DNA of 64,000 nucleotides from an uncultured Arcobacteraceae bacterium. GTDB lineage: Bacteria; Campylobacterota; Campylobacteria; Campylobacterales; Arcobacteraceae. Under the pieces are notes generated by a model, which was not told the origin of the DNA, did no database searches, and saw only the letters and a program-made list of their open reading frames with translations. Shown here piece after piece: positions 1 to 10,669 of the stretch. The stretch covers positions 1 to 64,000 of the forward strand of contig CAXHZO010000013.1 of NCBI GenBank assembly GCA_964022095.1. The letters run 5' to 3'. The translations under genes were made by a program, and so were the position numbers. Numbering within the stretch: position 1 is the stretch's first letter; each line of letters begins with the position of its first letter.

Positions 1-690
1 GATGCAGCAGGGAATGTTTCAGAAGAAGGTTCAGATTCAGCAGTAATCGATACAGTAGCAACAGATGCACCAATTGTAACAATTACAGAAGATACAAATG
101 ATGATGGATTACTTTCAGGTGATGAATTAGATGGACCAGTAAATGTAGTAATTGAAGTACCAGCAGGTACAGAGATTGATGATACAATTACAGTAACAAA
201 CCCAGATGGAAGTACAACAGATTACCCAGTAACACAAGATATTATAGATAATGGATTACCATTAGAGTACCCAGCACCAGCAGAAGGTGAAGAGTTAACA
301 GTATCAGCAGTAATTACAGATGAAGCAGGAAATACATCAGAGCCAGGAACAGATACAGTAACATTAGATACAGTAGCAACACCAGCACCAACAGTAACAA
401 TTACTGAAGATGCTAATGATGATGGATTAATAAATGCAGAAGAATTAGATGGTGATGTAAATGTAACAATTACAGTACCAAGTGAAGCAAAAATTGGTGA
501 TACGTTAAATGTAACAAACCCAGATGGAAGTACAACTGACTACCCAGTAGATCAAGATATGTTAGATAATGGATTAGCATTAACATACCCAGCACCAGCA
601 GAAGGTGAAGAGTTAACAGTAAGTGCAACAATTACAGATGCAGCAGGGAATGTTTCAGAAGAAGGTTCAGATTCAGCAGTAATCGATACA
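1..690 (+). repeat. Intragenic ~318-nt (106-aa) Ig-like repeats; a further copy at ~2635-2945
   Basis: APxVTITEDxNDDG units start at ~61 and ~379; bases 1-54 recur at 637-690. Confidence 0.85.
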
Positions 691-3600
691 GAAATTGTAG
701 CGGCAATCACATTAGATGAGAACATTACTCCTGATGATATTATTAACGCAAGTGAATCAGGTGAAAACATCACTATCACTGGTACAGTTGGTGGAGATGT
801 TAAAGATGGAGACATTGTAACATTAACAATTAACGATACAGAGTATACTGGAACAGTTTCAAACAATAGTTTTGCAATTATTGTTGCAGGTTCAGATTTA
901 GTAGCTGATAGCGATAGCATCATTGATGCAAGTGTAACAACAACAGATGAAGCTGGAAATAGTGCAACAGCAACGGATACGGAAGGTTACAGTGTTGATA
1001 CAGATATTGAAGCGACAATCACATTAGATGAGAATATTACTGCTGATGATATCATTAAATCATCAGAAGCAAATCAAGATATAACAATCACTGGTACAGT
1101 TGGTGGAGATGTTAAAGATGGAGACATTGTAACATTAACAATTAACGATACAGAGTATACTGGAACAGTTTCAAACAATAGTTTTGCAATTATTGTTGCA
1201 GGTTCAGATTTAGTAGCTGATAGCGATAGCATCATTGATGCAAGTGTAACAACAACAGATGAAGCTGGAAATACTGCAACAGCAACAGATACTGAAGGTT
1301 ACAGTGTTGATCTTAATGATGCCCCAGTAATTGAAACAACAACTGTAGCTGTTTCAGAAGAAGGATTAGATGGCGGAATTAAAGATGATAATGGAACTCC
1401 TAATGATACAACTGATGAAGCAAGTGTTTCAGGAACAATAGTAATTACAGATCCTGATAATGATGACTTAACAGTAACTTTAATTGCACCTACAACTTCA
1501 TTATCATCAGATGGTGAACCAATAGTTTGGAGTGGAAGTAATACTAATGAATTAATAGGTAAAGCTGGAAATGAAGAAATAATTAAAGTAACTATTAATG
1601 ATAATGGTGAATATACGGTTAACTTATTAGGTCCAGTTGATCATCCAGATACGACAACTGAAGATGTTATTTCGTTAGACATTGGTGTAAAAGCTAATGA
1701 TGGTACTGAAACAACAACAGGTTCATTTATCGTAAAAATTGAAGATGATATGCCAACTAGTTGTGAAATTACTAGAGAAATTAATATTGAAAAAGATGTT
1801 GTAGTTGTAAGTAATTTAAGTGCTGGATTTAAAAATTCAGTATTTATTGCAGGAACTGACCAAGTAACAGAAACAAATACAGATACAGATTCATTAACAG
1901 ATAAATTAGAGTGGGGAATACCAGGAGAACAAGGTCATGATCAATCAGGTTATAACTTAATTGATAATACAGACTTTACAAATGCAACTGGTGCCCAAAT
2001 TGATACAAATGGGATATTTGAATTAGCTCAATTTACGCACCAAAACTGGACAATTTATCAAGGTACTTCAGTACTAGATAAAACAACAATTACAATGAGT
2101 ATGGATATTCTTGTAAATGATGAAGCAGTAGCAGTTGATTTTGATGTTCTTTTAGATCATACAGAAACAACAAATACAGATAATGAGATTGAATCTAGAG
2201 ATATAATTACATTACCAACACAAGATGTAATAATAGATGTAAATGGACAAGATTATGTATTTACAGTAGAAGGTTTCAAAGATGAAAATGGAGATTATGT
2301 AAAAACAATCTATACAAATGAAGCAGCTGACAATACATTTGGGATATTTGCAAGTATTAAGCCAACAGGTGAATTACCAGAAGTAAGTGGAAATGTTTGT
2401 AATGATGCAGGAGCAGATGGACTAGATAAAATTGTTTGGGGAGATTTAGATAACCCTTATGGAACAATGACAGTAGATGAAAATGGAGCTTACACATTTG
2501 TAGTAAATGAAAATACAAGAGATAATCTTGAAGCGGGAGAAAGTATAAGTCAAGAGTTTACATATACAGTAATTGATAAAGATGGAGATAATTCAACAAA
2601 TACAGTTACTATTAATATTAATGGAACTGAACCTATGACTGCTCCAACTGTAACAATTACTGAAGATATAAATAATGATGGAATAATTACATCTGATGAA
2701 TTAGATGGTTTAGTGAATGTAACAGTAGAAGTGCCAGCAGGAACAGCTGTAACTGATACATTAACAGTTACAAATCCAGATGGATCAACAACGGATTATC
2801 TAGTTACACAAGATATCATTGATAATGGATTATTATTAGAATATGTAGCACCAGAAAAAGGTGAAGATATTACAGTATCAGCAGTAATTACAGATGTTAC
2901 TGGAAAAGTTTCTCCAGAAGCTCAAGATTCTGCAATTATTGATCCTATAGATTCTAAAGATGATACATTTACAGCAAAAGAAGAAGGTAGCGAATGGGTA
3001 AATAATACATTAGTTACTGATTCACCTACAGAAGGTTACTCAGCACAAGGAAATGTATTTACAAATGATAACACTGTATCAACAGCTACAGTTTCAAGTG
3101 TTGTAGTTGCAGGTACATCATATGTAGTTGCTCAAGATGGTACAAATACAGTTATTACTACAGATAAAGGTTCTTTATCTATTAATAATACAGGTGAGTT
3201 TACTTATGATGTTAATGAAACATATAATGAATCATTAAATGAAGGAGATGTAACTTCTGATATCTTTACTTATATAGTAAATGGAGATGATACTGAACAT
3301 GCTGATTTAACAATTAATATTAAAGGTACAGATGATGCACCAGTTATTGATGCAGCAGCTGGAGGAGAGTGTGAATCTCCTGAAATAGTTGAAGTGGTAA
3401 CAACAGTATTTACATCGTCATTTGAAATGAATTTAAATACAGACGATGTAACATTTGTAAACGCTGTAGATGGTTGGACTTCAATTAATTGTGATGAAAA
3501 AATAGAGATAAGAGATGAAACTATACAAAATACAAGTGGTGGAACTATCTATACAGGTTTAGCAGCAGATGGAACAAAATATGTTGAATTAAATACAGAT

Positions 3601-6600
3601 GATTCAAATACATATCCAGATTCATCAGGAATTACAAGAACAGTAGATACTGTTGCAGGTGCTGAGTATGAGTTAGACTTTAACTACTCTGCAAGACCAG
3701 GATATAATGATGAAGTTTGTAAATTTGAAATAGCAGTTGATGGAGTAGTTCTAGGAACATATAGTGAAGATGGAACGGGATTATCTACAGTTAACTGGAT
3801 TGATAATTCAGTTTCATTTACAGGTACAGGAAACCCAGTTGAAATTCAATTTAGAGAAGTAGGAACGTCTAACCCAGATGCAGGAAGAGGAATGTTTATT
3901 GATGATATTACTTTAACTCAAACTGTTAAAGGAACAGATGTTACAGATAATCTAATTGTAAATGGAAGCTTTGAAGATGTAACTGGAATCGATGCACATG
4001 GAAATCAATTATTTGATCCAGAACTTAATAATAGTGAATGGGTAGGAATGAAAACTCTTACTGGTTGGGAGTTAATGTCTAGTGAGTCAAGATGGATGGA
4101 AGTACATGAAGGTAACCATGCAGGTGTAGGTACAACTGATGGAGAAAATTACTTAGACCTAGGTGAATCAGCAACAGTTTCTGGAGATAAAGATTCAAAT
4201 TACAATGCAAATACTCATATTGGACAAGTGGTAAGTGGAGTAGTTGATGGAAATAACTATGAATTTAAATTTGATTATAGAGATAAAGCATCAATGCAAG
4301 AATCTGGAACATCTGGTGAAAACTCAGGAATTACTGAAGTATACTGGGGTGGAGAGCTAATTAGCACAATCCAAGGTAATAATACAAGTTCATGGGAAAC
4401 ATTTACATTTAATGTAACTGGAGGATCAGGAGATGGTTCAAATAGAATTGAATTTAAAGAAATTGGAGAAGGATACGACAACTGGGGAATTGCAATTGAC
4501 AATGTAAGTTTAGTAGGAACAGATACTTCAACAGCTTGTCATATTGTAAGCGATATTAATATTTCAGATGTAGATGACACTAATTTAGAAAGTGCAACAA
4601 TAGTATTAACTAACTACAAAGATGGAGATGTTATTAATGTAAATAACTTACCATCAGGAGTTACAGCAAGTACAGATGTTGTAAATGGTGAATTAGTTGT
4701 AACATTAACAGGAACATCAACAATTGCTACATATGAAGAGGCAATTGAATCATTAACTTTTGAAACTACTAATCCAAGTGAAGTTAAAAATCTTGAGATT
4801 ACGGTAAATGATGGAGATAAAGATAGTAATATTATAAATCTTTCATTTGGTGAAGATTCTCCTGCTGAAACAGTTCCAACATCAGTTAGTGAAGAGCAAA
4901 CAATAGTATTTGAAGCAAACACAGCTGTAGATACAAATATTGTAGTAACATTAGATGTTTCAGGAAGTATGGACAATAATGATGAGTGTGTAGATAGATT
5001 AGCATTAGCTAAACAAACACTTCAAAATATTATCAATGAATATGATGCAGCAGGAAAAGTAAATGTTAAAGTAGTAACATTTAGTGCATATGGATGTGAT
5101 TCAGGATGGATGAATGTAAACGATGCATTAGCATATATCAATAGTTTAAGTGCTGATGGAGCAACAAATTATGAAGATGCATTATTTGAAACATATAATA
5201 ACTATTCAGAACCAACAGCAGACCAAACAGTAGCATACTTTATCTCTGATGGTGAACCAACTAGAGAGAATAAAGAAGGTTATGATAGATATTGTAATAC
5301 AGGTACTGATTATGAAAATGGATGGTTAGATGCACCATATGTTCAAGGATGGAATACATTTGTAGATACATATGTAGATCAGTTAAATGTAGTAGCAATG
5401 GGAACAGGTATTAGTGATACAAGTTACCTAGATGCAATCGCAGGAGTAGCAGATGGAGATTATCCAACTACAATGGTAGTAACAGATTCAACTCAGTTAA
5501 ATGATACATTATTAAGTACAGTAAATGTAAATGAAACAAAAGTAGTAAGTGGAAACTTATTAGATAATGTAGACTTTAATACAGATGGAGCAGGTGGAAT
5601 AGTTAGTATTGAAATAGATGGAACAGTATATACATCAAATACATTCCCATCAGTAGGAGTAGAGACTTCAAATGGAGGAAAACTAGAGTTTGATTTTGCA
5701 AGTGGAGATTATACATACACAGCAGTTGAGTCAAACTACTCATCAGATATAAGTGAAACATTTAATTTAGTTGCAATAGATAGTGATGATGATACAACTT
5801 CATATTCATTAACTATTAATGTTGATGTTTCTGAAACTCCAGTAGATCCAGGTACAGGTGAAATTGTTATTGAAAACAGTGAAGTGATTTTCGAAGATGA
5901 CTTTGATGGTTGTGACACAAATGGATGGTCTTGGAATCAAGTTTCAGGTTGTTATTCATCTTGTGATGTGAGAAAAATTACAGATGCAGATTGTGATGGA
6001 GATAAAGAACTTTACTTAAAAGATTACGATACATCAAGAGGGTTTGTTGGTCAAACTTTATCAGGTAGTTTAGCTCTTACAACATATGCAATTTCAGCAG
6101 ATGTTGATACTAAACCAAATGGAACAGATTATAACAATGACGCAATAGGTATTGTATTTGGTTATAGTGATGATAACAACTATTATAGAGTAGAGTGGAA
6201 TGATTTTGATGGTAATTATTCATCATCTGATACATATAGAGATTTCTCAATTATTAAAGTAGAAAATGGAACAGAAACTGTATTAGCAACTGAAAACCAA
6301 TTTGAAATTTACAATACTTATGGAAGTGAGTTTAACCTAAAAGTTGAAGTTGATGAAGATGGAATTAGTGCATATATTGATGATAACTTAGTTGTTTCTG
6401 CATCAAATGAACAACCATCAATGGGAACATTTGGTGTATGGACTGATGACAATGATTCAGGTGTTGCATATGATAATATAAAAGTTGAAGCTACAAGCAA
6501 AACTATTATTGAAGAATCTAATGAGTTAAGCTTAGATGATATTATTGCAAGTCAAGTAACTGAAGCTGATGTTATTGATATTGAAAATAACATTGCTACT

Positions 6601-6822
6601 AACTTGGACATAGATTTATCAGATGTAGTTGATTTAGTTGATGAAGACAATCAATTAACAATTAAAGGTGATTTAGAAGATTCAGTTGATCTTGATTCAA
6701 CTCAATGGTCAAATAATGGAACACAAGAAGTTGATGGTGTTAACTATAATGTATTCAACGGAACAGGAACTAATTCTACAATTAAATTACTAATTGAAGA
6801 TGATATAGATACTAATATCTAG
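1..6822 (+). CDS. Giant T1SS-secreted repetitive adhesin (5'-partial): Ig-like extender repeats, THxN/choice-of-anchor-K-like domain, VCBS-like units, two carbohydrate-binding-like domains, VWA, thrombospondin-C/lectin-like domain, C-terminal secretion signal
   Basis: Frame +1 is open from base 1 (DAAGNVSEEGSDS...) to TAG at 6822, so the ORF-track start at 559 is internal. Asp/Thr-rich tandem repeats; VWA MIDAS DVSGS...GATNYEDAL...SDGEP; C-terminus LTIKGDLEDSVDL...DGVNYNVF...LLIEDDI resembles BapA/SiiE-type T1SS tails. Confidence 0.9.
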   Translation, partial: DAAGNVSEEGSDSAVIDTVATDAPIVTITEDTNDDGLLSGDELDGPVNVVIEVPAGTEIDDTITVTNPDGSTTDYPVTQDIIDNGLPLEYPAPAEGEELTVSAVITDEAGNTSEPGTDTVTLDTVATPAPTVTITEDANDDGLINAEELDGDVNVTITVPSEAKIGDTLNVTNPDGSTTDYPVDQDMLDNGLALTYPAPAEGEELTVSATITDAAGNVSEEGSDSAVIDTEIVAAITLDENITPDDIINASESGENITITGTVGGDVKDGDIVTLTINDTEYTGTVSNNSFAIIVAGSDLVADSDSIIDASVTTTDEAGNSATATDTEGYSVDTDIEATITLDENITADDIIKSSEANQDITITGTVGGDVKDGDIVTLTINDTEYTGTVSNNSFAIIVAGSDLVADSDSIIDASVTTTDEAGNTATATDTEGYSVDLNDAPVIETTTVAVSEEGLDGGIKDDNGTPNDTTDEASVSGTIVITDPDNDDLTVTLIAPTTSLSSDGEPIVWSGSNTNELIGKAGNEEIIKVTINDNGEYTVNLLGPVDHPDTTTEDVISLDIGVKANDGTETTTGSFIVKIEDDMPTSCEITREINIEKDVVVVSNLSAGFKNSVFIAGTDQVTETNTDTDSLTDKLEWGIPGEQGHDQSGYNLIDNTDFTNATGAQIDTNGIFELAQFTHQNWTIYQGTSVLDKTTITMSMDILVNDEAVAVDFDVLLDHTETTNTDNEIESRDIITLPTQDVIIDVNGQDYVFTVEGFKDENGDYVKTIYTNEAADNTFGIFASIKPTGELPEVSGNVCNDAGADGLDKIVWGDLDNPYGTMTVDENGAYTFVVNENTRDNLEAGESISQEFTYTVIDKDGDNSTNTVTININGTEPMTAPTVTITEDINNDGIITSDELDGLVNVTVEVPAGTAVTDTLTVTNPDGSTTDYLVTQDIIDNGLLLEYVAPEKGEDITVSAVITDVTGKVSPEAQDSAIIDPIDSKDDTFTAKEEGSEWVNNTLVTDSPTEGYSAQGNVFTNDNTVSTATVSSVVVAGTSYVVAQDGTNTVITTDKGSLSINNTGEFTYDVNETYNESLNEGDVTSDIFTYIVNGDDTEHADLTINIKGTDDAPVIDAAAGGECESPEIVEVVTTVFTSSFEMNLNTDDVTFVNAVDGWTSINCDEKIEIRDETIQNTSGGTIYTGLAADGTKYVELNTDDSNTYPDSSGITRTVDTVAGAEYELDFNYSARPGYNDEVCKFEIAVDGVVLGTYSEDGTGLSTVNWIDNSVSFTGTGNPVEIQFREVGTSNPDAGRGMFIDDITLTQTVKGTDVTDNLIVNGSFEDVTGIDAHGNQLFDPELNNSEWVGMKTLTGWELMSSESRWMEVHEGNHAGVGTTDGENYLDLGESATVSGDKDSNYNANTHIGQVVSGVVDGNNYEFKFDYRDKASMQESGTSGENSGITEVYWGGELISTIQGNNTSSWETFTFNVTGGSGDGSNRIEFKEIGEGYDNWGIAIDNVSLVGTDTSTACHIVSDINISDVDDTNLESATIVLTNYKDGDVINVNNLPSGVTASTDVVNGELVVTLTGTSTIATYEEAIESLTFETTNPSEVKNLEITVNDGDKDSNIINLSFGEDSPAETVPTSVSEEQTIVFEANTAVDTNIVVTLDVSGSMDNNDECVDRLALAKQTLQNIINEYDAAGKVNVKVVTFSAYGCDSGWMNVNDALAYINSLSADGATNYEDALFETYNNYSEPTADQTVAYFISDGEPTRENKEGYDRYCNTGTDYENGWLDAPYVQGWNTFVDTYVDQLNVVAMGTGISDTSYLDAIAGVADGDYPTTMVVTDSTQLNDTLLSTVNVNETKVVSGNLLDNVDFNTDGAGGIVSIEIDGTVYTSNTFPSVGVETSNGGKLEFDFASGDYTYTAVESNYSSDISETFNLVAIDSDDDTTSYSLTINVDVSETPVDPGTGEIVIENSEVIFEDDFDGCDTNGWSWNQVSGCYSSCDVRKITDADCDGDKELYLKDYDTSRGFVGQTLSGSLALTTYAISADVDTKPNGTDYNNDAIGIVFGYSDDNNYYRVEWNDFDGNYSSSDTYRDFSIIKVENGTETVLATENQFEIYNTYGSEFNLKVEVDEDGISAYIDDNLVVSASNEQPSMGTFGVWTDDNDSGVAYDNIKVEATSKTIIEESNELSLDDIIASQVTEADVIDIENNIATNLDIDLSDVVDLVDEDNQLTIKGDLEDSVDLDSTQWSNNGTQEVDGVNYNVFNGTGTNSTIKLLIEDDIDTNI
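685..1310 (+). repeat. Two 312-nt (104-aa) Ig-like repeats
   Basis: 775-961 is identical to 1087-1273; ITLDENI-to-ITLDENI period is 104 aa. Confidence 0.9.
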
Positions 6823-6834
6823 TATTACCACTAA

Positions 6835-6872
6835 ATAAATAGGAGAAATATCTCTCCTATTTATCTCTTTTT
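6835..6872 (+). terminator. Intrinsic terminator of adhesin
   Basis: ATAAATAGGAGA-aatatc-TCTCCTATTTAT followed by a T-rich tail. Confidence 0.75.
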
Positions 6873-6887
6873 AGCTAAACTTACAAT

Positions 6888-7688
6888 ATGAGACAAACAC
6901 GATTAGAAGACTTTTTACAATTAGAAGAGCATAATAAAGAACTTGAAAAAAGAATAAAAGAAGAGTTAAAGAAAAATATTGAAAAAGATAAACTACTTTT
7001 TCAACAAAATAAAATGGCTGCACTTGGTGAAATGTTAGGAAATATTTCTCACCAATGGAGACAACCTTTAATGGAAATAAACTCTTTATTTTTGCCTATT
7101 GAAGCAAAACTAAATCTTGATATGCCAATTGATAATGAAGAATTACTAAAGTCAATTGAAAAACTTAATGATATTACAAAGTATATGTCAAATACAATTG
7201 ATGATTTTAGAGATTTTTTTGTAAAAGATAAAGAAAAAATAGAGTTTAAATTACTTGATCAAATTAATTCAACTATAAATATAATAAGTGGTGGATTAAA
7301 AACTCATGATATAAAACTTGATATAATTATGCAAAGAAATCCTACTTTAATTGGATTTAAAAATGAATATTCTCAAGTATTGATTAATATTATCAATAAT
7401 GCAAAAGATATTTTAGTTCAAAGAGAAGTACAAAATCCATACATAAAAATATCTATTTTTGAAAAAGATAGAGATATGATTACTATTATTGAAGATAATG
7501 GTGGCGGAATTAAAATTGAACCTATAGAAAAAATCTTTGATCCATTTTTTACATATGAAAAAATTAATGGTTCAGGAATTGGCTTATTTATGGCTAAACT
7601 AATAATTGAAAATAACATGCATGGAAAACTACTTGCCCAAAATAATGGAAATGGCGCAACTTTCACTATTTCTATACCAAAATATTGA
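6888..7688 (+). CDS. Cytoplasmic histidine kinase without sensor or TM domain
   Basis: H-box SHQWRQPL, N-box NIINNAKD, G1 DNGGGI, F-box IFDPFFT, G2 GSGIGL; only a short coiled coil precedes the DHp. Confidence 0.85.
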   Translation: MRQTRLEDFLQLEEHNKELEKRIKEELKKNIEKDKLLFQQNKMAALGEMLGNISHQWRQPLMEINSLFLPIEAKLNLDMPIDNEELLKSIEKLNDITKYMSNTIDDFRDFFVKDKEKIEFKLLDQINSTINIISGGLKTHDIKLDIIMQRNPTLIGFKNEYSQVLINIINNAKDILVQREVQNPYIKISIFEKDRDMITIIEDNGGGIKIEPIEKIFDPFFTYEKINGSGIGLFMAKLIIENNMHGKLLAQNNGNGATFTISIPKY

Positions 7689-7773
7689 TATAAATCACGC
7701 TTCATATTGTATTTAATCAATTTTAGATATAATCCAAAAAAATCATAAAACTTCATAAAAAAATAGGATTATC

Positions 7774-9690
7774 ATGCCAAAACAACTATTACAAAAACAA
7801 GCAGACACAATTAGATTCTTAGCAGCTGATATGGTACAAGCAGCAAATTCAGGACATCCAGGTGCTCCAATGGGACTTGCAGATATTGCAACAGTATTAA
7901 GTAAACACTTAAATGTAAACCCAGCAGATGAAAAATGGCTAAACAGAGATAGATTAGTGTTTTCAGGAGGTCATGCTACAGGTTTAGTATATTCATTATT
8001 ACACCTTTGGGGATTTAACGTATCAATTAATGATATGAAAAACTTTAGACAAACTCATTCAAAAACTCCGGGTCATCCAGAATATGGACATACTCATGGT
8101 ATTGAAATTACAACTGGACCTTTAGGTCAAGGTATTGCAAATTCAGTTGGTTTCGCAATGGCAGCAAAGCATGCACAAAACACTTTAGGTAAAGATGTAA
8201 TTGATCATAAAGTTTATTGTTTATGTGGTGATGGAGATTTACAAGAAGGTTTATCTTATGAAGCAACTGCAACAGCAGGACATTTAAAATTAGATAACTT
8301 AGTAATTATTTATGATTCAAACTCAATTACAATTGAAGGTGATACTTCAATTGCATGGTCAGAAAATGTTAAGAAAAGATTCCAAGCAATTGACTTTGAA
8401 GTTTTAGAAATTGATGGACATAATTTTGATCAAATTGATAAAGCATTAATAACTGCTAAATCTTGCGATAAACCTGTATTAATTATTGCTAAAACTGCAA
8501 TTGCAAAAGGTGCAGTTACAATGGAAGGAAGTCATCACTCTCATGGAGCTCCTTTAGGTGATGAAGAGATTGCAAAATCAAAAGAGAAAGCTGGATTTAA
8601 TCCTGAAGAAAAATTTGTAGTACCTGCAGATGTTAAAGGTGCCTTTGATAAATTAATCGTTGGTTCTACTGCTCAAAATAATTGGGAAGAGTCTTTAAGT
8701 TCTGATACAAAAGCAAAAATTGAAGCTTTAGCAAATCCTAATTTTGATGCAATTGAATATCCAACTTTTGAAGCTGATTCAAGTGTTGCAACAAGAGATT
8801 CAAATGGTAAAATACTAAATGCAATTGCTTCAGCAGTTCCAGGTTTCTTAGGTGGAAGTGCAGACTTAGGACCATCAAATAAAACGGAATTAAAAGGTAT
8901 GGGTGATTTCCCTACTGGTAAAAATATTCATTTTGGTATTAAAGAGCATGCAATGGCATCTATTTGTAATGCAATGAATTTATATGGATTATTTAGAGTT
9001 TACTCTGCTACATTCTTTGTGTTTAGTGATTACTTAAAACCAGCAGCAAGAATTGCTGCACTTGCAAGTATCCCTCAACATTTTATTTGGACACATGATT
9101 CTATTGGAGTAGGTGAAGATGGACCAACTCACCAACCAATTGAACATTTATCTCAATTTAGAGCATTACCAAACTTTTATACATTTAGACCTGCTGATGC
9201 AACTGAAAATGTTGACTGTTGGAAAACTGCTTTAAAATTAAATGCTCCGTCTGGATTTGTTTGTTCAAGACAAGGATTAAGAGTATTAAAAGATGAAAAA
9301 GTTTGTGGTGAAGTATCAAATGGTGGATACTTATTAAAACAAAGAGAAAATGCAAATATTACAATCATGGCAAGTGGTTCTGAAGTTATGTTAGCATTAC
9401 AAACAGCTTGTAAGTTAGAAGAAGAAGGAATTATTGCAAATATTGTTTCAGTTCCTTGTTATGATCTATTAGTAGAGCAAGATAAAGAGTACATCTCTAA
9501 AATTATTGATTCTAATACTAAAGTATATGCTGTTGAAGCAGCAAGAGGATTAGAGTATTATAAATTTGCAGATGTAGTATTTGGAATGGATACTTTTGGA
9601 GCTTCAGGACCTGCTGGTGAATTATTCGAAGAGTTTGGATTCACAATTGATACTTTAAAAGCTAAAATTGTAGCTGACTTCAAAAACTAA
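7774..9690 (+). CDS. tkt: Transketolase
   Basis: SGHPGAPMG, TTGPLGQG, GDGDLQEG, THDSIGVGEDGPTHQP motifs. Confidence 0.98.
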   Translation: MPKQLLQKQADTIRFLAADMVQAANSGHPGAPMGLADIATVLSKHLNVNPADEKWLNRDRLVFSGGHATGLVYSLLHLWGFNVSINDMKNFRQTHSKTPGHPEYGHTHGIEITTGPLGQGIANSVGFAMAAKHAQNTLGKDVIDHKVYCLCGDGDLQEGLSYEATATAGHLKLDNLVIIYDSNSITIEGDTSIAWSENVKKRFQAIDFEVLEIDGHNFDQIDKALITAKSCDKPVLIIAKTAIAKGAVTMEGSHHSHGAPLGDEEIAKSKEKAGFNPEEKFVVPADVKGAFDKLIVGSTAQNNWEESLSSDTKAKIEALANPNFDAIEYPTFEADSSVATRDSNGKILNAIASAVPGFLGGSADLGPSNKTELKGMGDFPTGKNIHFGIKEHAMASICNAMNLYGLFRVYSATFFVFSDYLKPAARIAALASIPQHFIWTHDSIGVGEDGPTHQPIEHLSQFRALPNFYTFRPADATENVDCWKTALKLNAPSGFVCSRQGLRVLKDEKVCGEVSNGGYLLKQRENANITIMASGSEVMLALQTACKLEEEGIIANIVSVPCYDLLVEQDKEYISKIIDSNTKVYAVEAARGLEYYKFADVVFGMDTFGASGPAGELFEEFGFTIDTLKAKIVADFKN

Positions 9691-9703
9691 AACTTTTTAA
9701 CAA

Positions 9704-9736
9704 GATAGATGGAATATCTCCATCTATCAAATTTTA
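9704..9736 (+). terminator. Terminator after tkt
   Basis: GATAGATGGA-atatc-TCCATCTATC. Confidence 0.7.
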
Positions 9737-9814
9737 TATAATCTACTCACTCATATCATCTTCTTTTTATCTTTTCTTCATATAATATACTCATAAAAAT
9801 ATAAGGAGATTTTA

Positions 9815-10666
9815 ATGGCAATAGGATTTATTGGTTTAGGAAATCTAGGACGAGCTATTACTACAAGATTAAATGAAGTTGGCGAAGAACTAGTAATTTA
9901 TAATAGAAGTAGTGAAAAAATAAAAGACTTACCTTATGAAAAAGCACAAACACCAAGAGAGCTTTATAAAAAATGTGATGTAATTTTTATGTGTTTGTTT
10001 GATTCAGATGCAGTTAGTCATATCTTCTCTATGCAAAATGGATTATTATGTGAAGAAATAAAAGGTAAAACTATTATTGATTTAACTACAAATCATTATG
10101 ATGATGTATTAAAATTCCATGATGCAGTTAATAGTTTAGGTGGGAACTATTTAGAAAACCCAGTATTTGGTAGTGTAGCACCTGCACTTCAAGGAGCTTT
10201 AACAGTTGTTAGTGCTGGTAAAAAAGAGGTTTTTGAAAGTGCAAAACCTATTTTAGAAAAAATTGCAAAAGAAATTTTCCACTTAGAAACTCCATCAAGT
10301 GCTACAAAAATGAAACTTATCAATAACCTTTGTTTAGGCTCTTTTATGGCTACACTTGCAGAGTGTACAGTGATGGCTGAAAACTGTGATATTGATAAAG
10401 CAAAAGCTCTAGAGATACTTGGAGTTGGTGGTGGGCAATCCCTAGTTTTAAAAGCAAAAACTCAAAAGTTAATTGATGAAGATTTCTCTGCACACTTTTC
10501 AAATAATGCAATTAATAAAGATTTACATTTATTGCAAGATTTAGCATACCAAATGAAAAAACCACTTTATAGTGCTGCAATGCCAAAAGAGTTGTTTTCT
10601 AAAATGAAAGACATGGGTAAAGGGGAAGAGGACTTCTGTTCTATTTATCAACTATTTAAAGGATAA
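9815..10666 (+). CDS. NAD(P)-dependent beta-hydroxyacid dehydrogenase (3-hydroxyisobutyrate dehydrogenase / tartronate semialdehyde reductase family)
   Basis: GFIGLGNLG Rossmann motif, PVFGS, catalytic KLINN, KDL. Confidence 0.88.
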   Translation: MAIGFIGLGNLGRAITTRLNEVGEELVIYNRSSEKIKDLPYEKAQTPRELYKKCDVIFMCLFDSDAVSHIFSMQNGLLCEEIKGKTIIDLTTNHYDDVLKFHDAVNSLGGNYLENPVFGSVAPALQGALTVVSAGKKEVFESAKPILEKIAKEIFHLETPSSATKMKLINNLCLGSFMATLAECTVMAENCDIDKAKALEILGVGGGQSLVLKAKTQKLIDEDFSAHFSNNAINKDLHLLQDLAYQMKKPLYSAAMPKELFSKMKDMGKGEEDFCSIYQLFKG

Positions 10667-10669
10667 AAA

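Noticed and set aside
559-561. ORF-track start of the adhesin
   Set aside because: The frame is open from base 1 with the same repeats; the true start lies upstream of the window
5880-6822. RTX nonapeptide repeats or ice-binding beta-solenoid in the adhesin
   Set aside because: No GGxGxD arrays or TGND-type repeats are present, so ice binding is not supported
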